This document shows positions 9,883 to 19,949 of a stretch of DNA of 20,000 bases, piece after piece. The number at the start of each line of letters is the position of its first letter. Position 1 is the stretch's first letter. The stretch spans positions 56,111 to 76,110 of the forward strand of contig JYFJ02001576.1 in the NCBI GenBank assembly GCA_000934665.2. Direction: 5' to 3'. The position numbers were made by a program, and so were the translations under genes. A model generated the notes under the pieces. The model did not search any database, was not told where the DNA came from, and saw nothing but the letters and a program-made list of their open reading frames with translations. Source of the stretch: Catajapyx aquilonaris (Eukaryota).

Positions 9883-10714
9883 GGGGCATTCCACGTCAAC
9901 TCGGACCACTTTTCCAACAACTATTTTCCGATTTTGACCAAAATTCATAGGTTTGTAGTAGTCGTCGTTGTATGTAAGGAACCGAGATTTCGTCTCTCTG
10001 TGACACATGGTTGCGAAACTACAGGGTGTGTAATTGAGATTTTTCACTCATTTGACGCTGTCAGGGCTTGTAATGGAGGCCCGTAACCTCTGAACCCTTA
10101 AAAGTGAATCTAAATCTGATACGTGATTTTGGAAGCTCTTTGAAAGGCCTTTAATAATAATAATGGATACTCCGTGATAGGCCCCGGGCCTCTTAAGGGA
10201 TCATCTTTTGAATAACCGACTTTAATCATTTGCCTGTAATGTGATGGATTTTGATAGTGGGAGGAAACGGGAGAACCCCGAGAAAACCCACGCGAACACG
10301 GAGAGAACCCATCGAAACTCTATCCACATAAGTATCATCCGTCCGACCTGGGGATCAAACTCGGGACCTTAGAGGTGGAAGGCTGCGGCGCTAACCACTC
10401 GGCCACCGTGTCGCCCAAAGGCCTTTAATAATATCGCATTGAAAATAGCTGGGATGAAATCTTTCAATTGCAAAATGGCAGCGAAATTGTGATTTTAATA
10501 TAACTCTAAAGTTTGCTACTTTTGGGATTTTTTGAACAGACCTCAAAATGAAGCGTGAAATCTGTGCATCGTGTTTCCGAAAAGTCTAGGAGGTGACTTT
10601 GGAATTTCACCCGCTAGAGGGCGAAAACGCAGTCGGTGTGCACTCTGGACAGTACGCTGGTCACTTGGGAGGGCTATATTTCCTCAGTGGACTACATGAC
10701 AGGTCTGATTTTTG
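9883..10714. mobile_element. Probable degenerate non-autonomous DNA transposon hosting the SINE at 10160-10416
   Basis: Starts with a TIR-like ggggcattccacgtcaa and is richer in CpG than the flanking intron. No matching right end was found and the boundaries are approximate. Confidence 0.35.
10160..10416 (-). mobile_element. tRNA-derived SINE (family 3) with V-SINE-like central domain, TIMM50 intron 1
   Basis: 17-bp TSD aaaggcctttaataata at 10143-10159 and 10417-10433. Minus-strand A box TGGCCGAGTGG and B box GAGTTTGATCCC. Core TTCTCTCCGTGTTCGCGTGGGTTTTCTCGGGGTTCTCCCGTTTCCTCCCAC. Confidence 0.9.
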
Positions 10715-11255
10715 CAGGGCCGTATTTAGGATCAGTAGCCCCCTAGGCTGAACCTGTGGTGCTGGCCCTCCCCTCAATTTTGTTAAAAAATTAACCTGGA
10801 AAAGTCACATTTTAGAGCAATTTTCTAACTAAAATCCTAAAAAGAAACATTTAAAGTTTATTATTAAAGTTTAGAAAATTTTACAATACAGTATTTCGAA
10901 GTTAATGAGGTAATGAGATAAAAATGACAGGGAACCCTGGTATAAAATGTTGTGGTTTCAGAATCCTGAGTACCTTATAGGCTACTGTACTTTGTAACTT
11001 GGATAAGGGATGTGTCTAGGAGGACAGCCTAGAATTGCCCCATGCCACAATTAGCACATTTTCTCACAGTTTCTGGCATTTTATATTACAGTTTGTTTCA
11101 TAAACTACATTGATTTTTTTGTGCATGACAGAAATATTTTACCCAGGTCTGGATCAAAGTAAATTGGGGGTTTCCAGTGTAACACTTCATATTTATTATG
11201 AACAAGGTACATAACTTTAAAGAAGGGTGAAGATTTTACTGCTTAATACTTTTAG

Positions 11256-11488
11256 GTGCCCCAAAATTAGATGAGGAAGGTAACAAGATTGAAGATGATT
11301 TTACTCCTATGCCACTCATCCAACAATACATATTCCGCACATGGAATGAAGTGATGTTCTACAACAAGATGATACAGGAGCCTTCCAGGGAGAAGCTTCT
11401 CCCTGATCCACTTCAGCATCCATTCATACAGCCCCCTTACACCGTTGTGATAGAACTTAATGGTGTTCTGATCCATCCTGATTGGACG
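11256..11488 (+). CDS. TIMM50: TIM50 exon 2
   Basis: ttttag|GT acceptor. (G)APKLDEEG...[37 protein letters not shown]. Donor ACG|GTGAGT. Confidence 0.96.
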
Positions 11489-12478
11489 GTGAGTGATGTA
11501 TGAAAAGTCTTTGTTAAACCACACACAATTTTCAAGAAGCTGAAAGTTGGACATCAAGTACATTTTTATGTCACAAACAATATGTATGAGTGGAGCAAAA
11601 AGATTCAGGTTTGGTATATCTTAGAAACTGTTTCGGTAAGCTTGTAAGAGGTAAGGATATGTTCCTAGGCAGTGTACTATCAACAGTGGTAACAGACACC
11701 CAATCTTGTGTAACCCACGTGCAAGTGGCAGTTTATGATGTGTTGTGACTAGAAAAGTAGCCTCCTGCAGAGAATCAGTGTCACATACAATACCTATACA
11801 TGCATAATACAACTCATAGTATGGTTAAAATTAATATTACCTGCTTATTGGATACTGGCAAAATAAGCAGGATTTCTGGAACCAATTATTCTTTCAAGCT
11901 GAACCCCTCTGCATACAGGGTAAACAACCAATTTCACTGTTTTTTGTTTTTTTTTGCACTAAGTTGATTATTTTAAAGCAGTTAATTTTAGTGCTTATCT
12001 AAAGTATTAGCTGTTAATCTTAGGTTGTGTGAATCCATCCCTTTTCAAAGCCTACAAAGGAGTCTGGCCTGCTAAAATTGGTTCTGTCATTTACGCTTGA
12101 TGTCAGTTGTTCCAATGGGCCATTACCATTCAGAAATTCATTTCAGCTCAGCTTGAATAGATTATTATTAAACTTGGCCTAATATTCACAGCTAAGAGTT
12201 TTGGTAACCACTAAAAGTAAATATTCAAAGTAACTGCTTCAAAATGAAAAGCTGAGTGCCAAAAAAACATTAACCACTAATATAATTTCAATTGGAACAC
12301 CCTGAGTGTATCAGACAGTTATCATGTGCATGGAAAGAAGGTGCCTTGTGCCTCATGGACACGAGCCATATATGGGTCAAAAGTTAATTCTGGGACATGC
12401 AATGTTTTTAATCATCATAAAAAGCAGCACTTGCAATTACACTTGGGTCATCTTATATTAATGGAATACTCTTTTCAG

Positions 12479-12718
12479 TACAAGACCGGCTGGCGCTTCA
12501 AGAAACGTCCAGGTATTGACTTTTTCCTGTCCCAAGTGTGCCCTCCAACGTTCGAGGTGGTTGTGTACACAGCCATGCAGCCTTACACAGCTTATCCTAT
12601 AGTAGATGCGCTAGATCCACAACAGTCCATCATGTACAGGCTTTTTAGGGATGCAACCCGATACATGGCTGGGACCCATGTTAAGGATTTGGACTGCCTA
12701 AACCGGGACCTATCAAAG
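12479..12718 (+). CDS. TIMM50: TIM50 exon 3 (FCP1/NIF-like domain)
   Basis: ttttcag|TAC acceptor. [17 protein letters not shown]...[10 protein letters not shown]...[14 protein letters not shown]. Donor AAG|GTTTGC. Confidence 0.97.
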
Positions 12719-13419
12719 GTTTGCAATTATTTTATTCCAAGGCACAACATATTTAACCTCTCTATTGTTGCAATACCAACCTTTATCAAGTTACATTATT
12801 TTTCCACTTTATGATGTGATTTTATTCCTTGTTAAATCACTAAGGGCATGCTATATTGCCATTCCCAGTGGCCTTATTTGTCTGGTAATTGCTGTTTTGA
12901 AGTTAACTTAGTAAGCCTCTCAGTGTTGATATTGCATATAGGGTGGTGAAAAATTGCTGTTAATTTACATTAATAGTGGCTTCCTTTTGCAAATGTTCGA
13001 AGATAATAAATTATCAAGAATTATCTGATTTTCGGTACCCTTATTGTTATGGACGTTGCTGGAGCTTGATAATGGGAATATCAGTTCTAGACATCATCTA
13101 ATAGTTGCAAATGTGTAGTAGAGAGGAAATAGTACCAGGTCATGTAAAAGTATGATGAGATAGTTAATGGCATTAATGAAGCATTTGATGTTTCTGACAC
13201 AACCATCAAAGATTACATGATGCTGTGAAGCAGTCAAACAATGTTGCAACACTAGTCAGCATTGGCAATGTGTATGTTGGTTTCTCTCACTTGTACAGGC
13301 TTGTATGGTTTAACTTTTAATCATGCTTTATATTCATACACTCTTATCCAATAACTCAGAAATTGTTCGTATTGTCAGTAAGGTCTACAAAGGCATTTCC
13401 ATTAGTCACATTCATTGAC

Positions 13420-13720
13420 TCATTTGTTGATGATGGTTTCTCACTGTCAGATATGAAAACGAGTTTTGGATTTGCATAAGGACACTCACTAAAGGGGTCT
13501 ACACACAGTGTGCCAGGAACTGGTCCTGGTTCCTTGGCTGAAGATTTACACACAAGGAAATAGAAGGGTCTGCCCTTCAGGGTTGCCAGGCTTGGTCCTA
13601 CCTCCCACTTTCACCTCTAGAAGTCATATTGACAATGAATTATTTTGAATTATTCCAGTATTCCGGCATTTGCACATTGTAAATGCTCGCATGCTTTTGC
13701 ACTTCACTGATCAACGGCAT
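13420..13720 (-). pseudogene. Decayed MADF (Myb/SANT-like) domain fragment, possibly PIF/Harbinger-derived
   Basis: The minus strand from 13720 reads MPLISEVQKHASIYNVQMPEYWNNSK*, resembling the MADF start (LI.EV.K.P.IY.....Y.N). Another frame gives CPYANPKLVFISD, resembling the Y...L.FL end of the domain. Stops and frameshifts lie between. Confidence 0.4.
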
Positions 13721-14160
13721 ATTTGAACTTGGCAACTGGAGATGCTGTCTCTGTTTACAATGGCTTTCCTGTATCCTATTGGCTGGTCCCAAGGGCTGAG
13801 GACCAGGAACAAAGGCCAAAGGTTGACACAGGGAACTTTTCTAAGGAAGGGGTTTCTAAGGATGAGACAGAAGAATTGGACAGGGAAGGAGTGGCCCATG
13901 TCGATTGGGAGATCTGAAGAATGAGGACTGGGGGAAAAGTCTCAGGGGCACTGTGTAGAACTGTTAAATGTGGATGTTGCACACCATCCTGAATATTTGT
14001 TTTTCTGGTGATTACAATAATAATAATAAATAATAAATAATATTTTAAAAAACTCAGTTCTTCTCAGAGGTTATGGTGCCATTGACCCAATATTTCTAAC
14101 TTTTTGTTTTAGTAATGCTTCATACAAATTATGATGGTATTGATTTACTCTTTATTTCAG

Positions 14161-14284
14161 GTGATTGTAGTTGACTGGAACAAAAACTCAGTGAAGCTGC
14201 ATGGGAATAATGCCGTGATTATGAAGAAATGGGAAGGAGGCGATGACGACAGACAGCTGTACGATCTAGCAATGCTACTTCAAG
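14161..14284 (+). CDS. TIMM50: TIM50 exon 4
   Basis: tttcag|GTG acceptor. VIVVDWNKNSVKLHGNNAVIMKKWEGGDDDRQLYDLAMLLQ. Donor CAAG|GTAATA (phase 1). Confidence 0.96.
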
Positions 14285-14368
14285 GTAATATTTCTTTGCA
14301 GTTACATGTTCTGTTGACTGAGGCAGCCTGTGGAATAGTGCTGAAACTGATCTCTGTAGTCACTTCCG

Positions 14369-14940
14369 AGAGCGGGTGTACACCCTCACTGGTGAGCTGC
14401 AGAGAGCTGAGGAGAGCCAGGGTGATCCGGGGCATAACGCGCCTTTGTTCCTCATCATTCCTCATCAGTCATCATATCGTCGGCCGGCGATCAAAACCTC
14501 GTAACTCCATTTGTCATAATCTAGAATGCACAAAACCTCGTAACACTTTGCACAACTTTGCAACGGTGTACATGAATTCAACATCATCCTCATGAAAGGT
14601 AAGGTTTACGTTGTGCTATACTGTAGGAATAATTTTCAGCATGAACAGAAAACATGATTTTACAAAATGTTTTTTGTCCCTCCTGTAAAATTTGGTCTTG
14701 AGGAGTTACGAGGTTTTGATCGCCGGCCGACGATATGGCGTAGTTTGCCTTCGGGGGCCTCCTTGGCTCATCCCGGCTCTCCGCAGCTCTGTATGGTTCT
14801 CTACGGCTCTCCCGGCTCACCAACTTGCTCGTCTGTGAGTATACACCGGCTGACCCATGTCCTTACTGGCTCACCGATGCTGCGAGAGCCAGAGAGAGCC
14901 ACGGAGAGCTGCAATTCAAGAGAGCCGGTGTACACTTTTT
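14369..14940. mobile_element. Older MITE-like element built of GAGAGCC/GGCTCTC repeats (host of a nested MITE)
   Basis: cagagagctgaggagagccagggtgatcc (~14400-14428) matches the reverse complement of ~14765-14795. (a)gccggtgtacac-like motifs at ~14369, ~14836-14851 (inverted) and ~14922. Confidence 0.55.
14477..14733. mobile_element. Young TA-flanked MITE with perfect TIRs
   Basis: Perfect 36-bp inverted repeat 14473-14508 / 14702-14737 (catatcgtcggccggcgatcaaaacctcgtaactcc), including TA at 14475-76 and 14734-35. Internal copy caaaacctcgtaac at 14531. Confidence 0.9.
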
Positions 14941-15703
14941 TGAGGAGTGACTATCCCCTTCGAAAAACTAATTCCATAGGCCCATTCTCCTGGTGTTTCT
15001 CTTTCTTTTGATTATATATGTTCATTGGGTTTTGATCAATTCCACTAACCTGAAAAAAATTCTCCAAAAAAGGCCTAATTTTTGGCCATTTCAAAGTTTC
15101 TCTATTTTTTCCCTCCCAATGGTATTGCGCCATGTGGCTGAAACTGATATGCAGCATTATGGCATATGTCTGTACATCTGTGATTATTTTCACCAAGATC
15201 TGAGATGATGTAAAAAGATTTTGGCTCACTTGATTCTGTAAGACCCCTAGTAAGTTGGTCATGCCGTATCTCCAAAACTGGAGCTGATGAAGCAAAACGG
15301 ATGCCATATTTAGAATAAGCACCCCAAATATACACCAAAGTGGGTCCAACTTCCAAGGCACCAAAAAAAATTCTGTTTTGTTCCCCTGTGTAATCTATGT
15401 ACTACTAGTTGTAAGAGCTTTGAGTAGCAGTAAAGGTGCATTCGCAAATTGACGAATTACAGATTTGCAGGACTGGTTTTCATCTGAAACATTTTGGAGT
15501 TGTTTGGGCATCATGACTGTCTTTCATCTTTTACAATAGGAAACAGCCACCCAAATGACTTTGAACTGTTCAGAACTTAAATCCATCTCATGGGTGTGAT
15601 TTGTTGACATGTGAACAGGGCTTGACAGTTCAAGCCTTCCATGCAGTCATATCCTAGTGACTCGGGTATCATCAACCTAATAACATGCATATATGAATTC
15701 CAG

Positions 15704-15807
15704 CAATTGCAATGTCTGAGGTGAAAGATGTGAGAGAAGTACTGGAATTTTACCGGAAATTTGATGATCCAATTCAGGCCTTCAAGGAAAACCAACGGAG
15801 GCTACAG
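15704..15807 (+). CDS. TIMM50: TIM50 exon 5
   Basis: ttccag|CA acceptor. (A)IAMSEVKDVREVLEFYRKFDDPIQAFKENQRRLQ. Donor CAG|GTAAAG. Confidence 0.95.
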
Positions 15808-15862
15808 GTAAAGATAATAGTAGCCATCTTAAAATCAAATTGTAAATTCAATTCTGATGCAG

Positions 15863-15958
15863 GAGCAGCAAGAGCAGCAACAAAAGCTACTACAAGAGAA
15901 GAAGGATAAGTCACTGACAAGTGGATGGACGCCAAGTTTTTTTGGAAAGCGATCATAA
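15863..15958 (+). CDS. TIMM50: TIM50 exon 6 (C-terminus)
   Basis: tgcag|GAG acceptor after a 55-nt intron. EQQEQQQKLLQEKKDKSLTSGWTPSFFGKRS*. Summed CDS is 1215 nt = 404 aa plus stop. Confidence 0.85.
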   Translation, partial: EQQEQQQKLLQEKKDKSLTSGWTPSFFGKRS

Positions 15959-16439
15959 AAGAAGAGAATAAGAGACCAAAACTTCCTCTATACAGAAAAA
16001 AACCGCAGTGCCCGCCTGATGTTTGCCCTTTGTTCACTTAACGGCTACCCCATTTTTCTAATCTTGTTGTATGATTTTTGTGCTAACTTGTCTGATGCTA
16101 CCAACAGTTGCTTTGCTCAACCAGTTTCACTTTTGGTGAACTGTTGATTCCATCAGAAGGTTCATTTGTGTTCATTATACCAGCATGATTCTTTTGTAAT
16201 CCGAGACCTGCGACTTGGGTCAATTTTTATTTGTACCCTGTCTGTCTCCTTCAAGCAAAAAAGAAAAAGGTGCAGAATGTGGTAGTATAAAGCAACTTTC
16301 AGATAATTGCCTGTTGTTGTTTTATTCCACCCGACTTATCATCAGGTCAACATGTTACCCACTGAAACACTTGTGTTGCAGTTTGAGGATGTGTTTTTAA
16401 CATTTCAGGTGGCCAACATTTTCAAATTGACTTATGGTA

Positions 16440-16606
16440 CAGTATAGTTCTGGACATTAATAGCGTCATACTCCTAGCGACATTTTCCGAAGCAGCAGAA
16501 GAATGAATCTTGCTTGCCTGGCTTGCACTATCCATTGCTTCGATTCATTCATCTGCCGCTTCGGAAAATGTCGCTAGCAGTATGACGCGATTAATGTCCA
16601 ACACTG
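16440..16606. mobile_element. Short hairpin MITE, TA TSD, CAGT termini (Tc1/pogo-like)
   Basis: ta|cagt...actg|ta. ~58-bp arms ggacattaatagcgtcatac...gaatgaatc / gattcattc...gtatgacgcgattaatgtcc. Confidence 0.85.
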
Positions 16607-16938
16607 TACACCCTCCATTACCAGTACAGTGTATTAGCTGAGATAGTTTGGCTTTTTAAAGTCTCTTGTAAACTATTAGATATTTTGTAATGTGTTAACA
16701 TGGGTAGTTAATATGTTAATATTTTTGTCAATGGTAATTTTAGGTCTGAATTAATAAGTACATTAGTCACTAAAAATGAGGGTAGGTACTGAATTGCTGA
16801 ATACTGCAGAAGTGGGATCAAGAAAGTAATTACATTGGCCTGCATTTGTTATAAAAAATTTCCATTCTTGCAATGTAACTTAATAACTAAGTCATTTGTA
16901 ATATTTCTGGTATGTAGATAATTTTTTCTCATCATATA

Positions 16939-17352
16939 CAGGGTGAAGAAATTTATCGTACCGTTGCTTTGGGAAATGATAGTGGGGTTCTAGGCAGTCA
17001 TTTTACATATAAGCATCATGGGTCTCTGCTCCATAGAGTGACAATGTGCATAAAATAAAACCTGCATTATACCAGCTTATACAGTATGTTTCGGATACAG
17101 CTTACGACACTTCCATCACCTAGGGCCTAGGCTATTCCCTGGATTAATGGGATCGTAAATTAAAATTTAACTGCATGGTAGGTAAGGTTGCATGGAGGGA
17201 CACGTGTGCCAGGATATTTTATACCTTGTGTTTGAAGCACATTATCTTGGTAACTATGCTGCGGACACCCATGATTGCCCACACTTAAAATGATCGCCTG
17301 GAATCCCATTATCATTTCCCAAAGTAACGGTACAATAAATTTCTTCACCTTG
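16939..17352. mobile_element. Tc1/mariner-type MITE, TA TSD, CAGGGTG terminus
   Basis: ta|cagggtgaagaaatttatcgtaccgttgctttgggaaatgata... pairs with ...tatcatttcccaaagtaacggtacaataaatttcttcaccttg|ta (~65-bp TIR). Confidence 0.88.
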
Positions 17353-17364
17353 TACTGTATACAT

Positions 17365-17552
17365 CGAGGGGTTATTCACTTACATTTTTTGCGTACACGA
17401 ACTACCAGACTACTCGGACTACCCGGGTAGTCCAGGCTGGACTACCCTTCAGACTACCCCCCCAGACTACCTGGACTACCCCAGACTACCACCAGACTAC
17501 CCGGACTACCCACGAAGGTGTACACTGACTACCCTTAGTGAATAACCCCTCG
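17365..17552. mobile_element. Small MITE with 16-bp perfect TIR, 8-bp flanking direct repeat and internal GACTACC array
   Basis: TIR cgaggggttattcact 17365-17380 / agtgaataacccctcg 17537-17552. gtatacat at 17357-17364 and 17553-17560. Ten forward and one inverted GACTAC units inside. Confidence 0.85.
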
Positions 17553-17711
17553 GTATACATGCACAAGTCAAGGCAGAAAATAGAATTTACTGGAAAATGC
17601 TATTTTTCTATGTAACAAAAAAGATGGCGAATATTGAACCATTAATATAGCAATTACTTGTACACAAACTGCTTGCTGATAGTATGAAATACTAGAATCT
17701 AGAAGTACACC

Positions 17712-18017
17712 CAGTACTCCCCATTATCCAGGTGTGGATTATTATCCATACAAAAGTTAGAAATAAAAGTCCAAAAGAATGTCAATATGCCTTGCAAAAA
17801 AAGAGAAACATACAGAAGACACTAAAAATCTATTGTAAAATTTATTATTTTGATTAAACCTTGTTTAAAGCAGCATACAGTATGTACAGTAGTTCATTTA
17901 AAACATCTGAAGAGCTTTTTTTTTACAGTATCTAGGACCATTTTCGGATTATCTGCGTTTTACAATTATCTTACACACCCATGCATTCATTGGCACAGAT
18001 AATAATTAGGAGTACAG
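17712..18017. mobile_element. Possible degenerate pogo/Tigger-like MITE
   Basis: cagtactccccattatcc vs reverse complement of gataataattaggagtacag, plus repeated attatc motifs. Heavily diverged. Confidence 0.35.
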
Positions 18018-18563
18018 TGTTTAGAACACTGCATCCTAGCCACAGTAAATCAGTTACAAATTATTCTTTCATTTATTTATTTTATTTTATTTATTCCAAT
18101 GAAATGAGGAAGGGAGGAAGCACACCCTTAAAAAAAGGATCTGCAAGTGACATGTGCACTTGTGCAGTATTGTGATTCCATGTTATGGGGGGTGGAACCT
18201 ATATGTGGCCATTATTTCACTTCCTAAACTTCCCTTCACCTAAATGGTCACTTCACACTCAGGTGACATGCAACTGTGTTCCCACATTGCAATACCTCTG
18301 CAGTTCTAAGCCAATTCTGAGAATAAATATTTGGCATTTTAAAATGACATACTGACAGAATAGAGTGAGAAAGAATCAATTCCATATTATTATCAAGACG
18401 TGAAATGCAGAATGATCGAAGTCATTTTTTGGTCGAAATTGGATTAGGCATTGCTTATAATACCCTCCTTGATACAGTTTCTGATGATCAAGACAGTTTT
18501 CTACAAGAACTATTACAGTATAAGGGATAATACAATATTCAAACGTCAGATCTCGTACCAGTA

Positions 18564-19903
18564 CACAGTGGGTTGCGAGGCCCGTTTAGGCCGCCAAAAC
18601 ATGATTTCACGAAGTTGCCTAAAATGTAGCCAATGCACCTAAGATTGAAACTACAGTGTCTAAAGCAACACATTTCACAAGAAATCCGAAAATCTTGAGC
18701 GAATGTGTCGTAATGCAGGTCCCTTTGAGAGACCGCTGTTACAACTCTTATTTAATTGCATTCGACAGGCATTAACTTTTTTGCCTTCTTTTTTCCTGAA
18801 GTGTTTATGTTAACGGCTGAAACAAATATATATTGGCAAACCACACTGTACCCTTCATATATTACCCAGAATACTCCCGACATACACTTTCGAGGACAAG
18901 TTTCACCCTATCATGCATAGACGTAGCACAAGGCAGACTCTTTGGCATGAAAATTGAGCTACCAAAATTTAACCGCATTTAACCGCGTCCTGGTGACATG
19001 AGAATGGCACATGAGAATCTCCTGAAGACGTCGCAGAAACAATTACCTGCCATGACCTGCCAACTCACAACTTATGTAACCTTATGTCTTTCGGGGCACT
19101 CGCTTCTGCTGTACAATAATCCTTTCCGAAAGAGAGGTTTTTAAAAATTTAAACGTAGGCTACAGTACGAATCGAAAGAGTGAGGCACCGTTAAAAGCGT
19201 CGTAAAAAACGCTACGAGAGAAAAAAGGAATGGTCACCCTCGTTTACAAGGAAGCTTAGATATTACTTGTTTTGTTTAAAAAAAAATGTTCGAAACCCTA
19301 CATTTTCAACTATAAATATTAATAAATAAGGGTGACTATCACGAATTGATGTTTTTCTTCAATGTGGAAAGAAATAAACGCCGATGATGAGAAAAAATGC
19401 AACAAAAATCTGGACTCGAATTATAATTTTTCCGATTTCCGGAATTTTTTCTTTCATTCACGCAATAATATTGACGAATCGTCAACAGCACATAGCTTGA
19501 GGACCGAGCTCCTACAGAGATGCGGTTCCGACTAGTCACATACACTACTATACACTACACACATTCATTCACATACATTCACTAGTTGTCGCATGACAAG
19601 TGATTAATGTAATTAGTTGTCCTCATATTGCAATATACTTTTGTTTTATATACACATTCAGAGTGATATTATTACACAATTCCTTCACTTATAGTTATCA
19701 CACACACAGGAAATTAATTAATGAAAAGTAAAACTGGAAATCCAATGCTATATGATTAGGACACAGCAGCAATATTGGGTCGCCATGGCAGGCGCGGCGC
19801 CGCGCGTCGTAGAGCCGTAAATCTATTTTAGATGAATTTACCACTCTCGAAAACCCTTCCCTTTAAAATTTCAGGTCGTAAACAGCGTTCACAGCCCACT
19901 GTG
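18564..19903. mobile_element. Non-autonomous Transib/RAG-like DNA transposon (CACAGTG termini, 5-bp TSD)
   Basis: cagta|CACAGTGGG... at 18559-18572 and ...CCCACTGTG|cagta at 19895-19908. The imperfect TIR continues ~35 bp. CpG-rich interior, no intact transposase ORF. Confidence 0.8.
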
Positions 19904-19949
19904 CAGTACCTCGAAATATTATTAATAATCAGATCAGGTGTCACAGAAC

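Noticed and set aside
8704..9895. 13-bp inverted pair cgcggaatgcccc (8704-8716) / ggggcattccacg (9883-9895) bracketing TIMM50 exon 1
   Set aside because: Short, with the GGGG tips facing each other (the wrong way for one element) and no TSD; probably chance or separate relics.
10715..10775. hAT-like left end cagggccgtatttagg
   Set aside because: No partner end or TSD was found, so it cannot be delimited.
11917..12304. Complete CAGGGT-ended MITE in TIMM50 intron 2
   Set aside because: The ends match for only ~6 bp; at most a degraded relic.
14285..15364. Long ORFs 14131..14595 (beyond exon 4), 14667..15011 and 14951..15364 as genes
   Set aside because: They are read-through into intron and MITE sequence, with no recognisable protein motifs.
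14945..15392. Possible further DNA-transposon remnant ending cccctgtg|ta
   Set aside because: No matching left TIR is visible.
17398..17535. GACTACC repeat array as a CRISPR-like array
   Set aside because: Units are 6-9 bp with no unique 25-45-bp spacers, they are enclosed by TIRs, and the context is eukaryotic.
19860..19903. 12-spacer RSS at the right end of the CACAGTG element
   Set aside because: The sequence 12 nt after the heptamer (TGTTTACGA) does not resemble the nonamer, so a true 12/23 pair is not supported.
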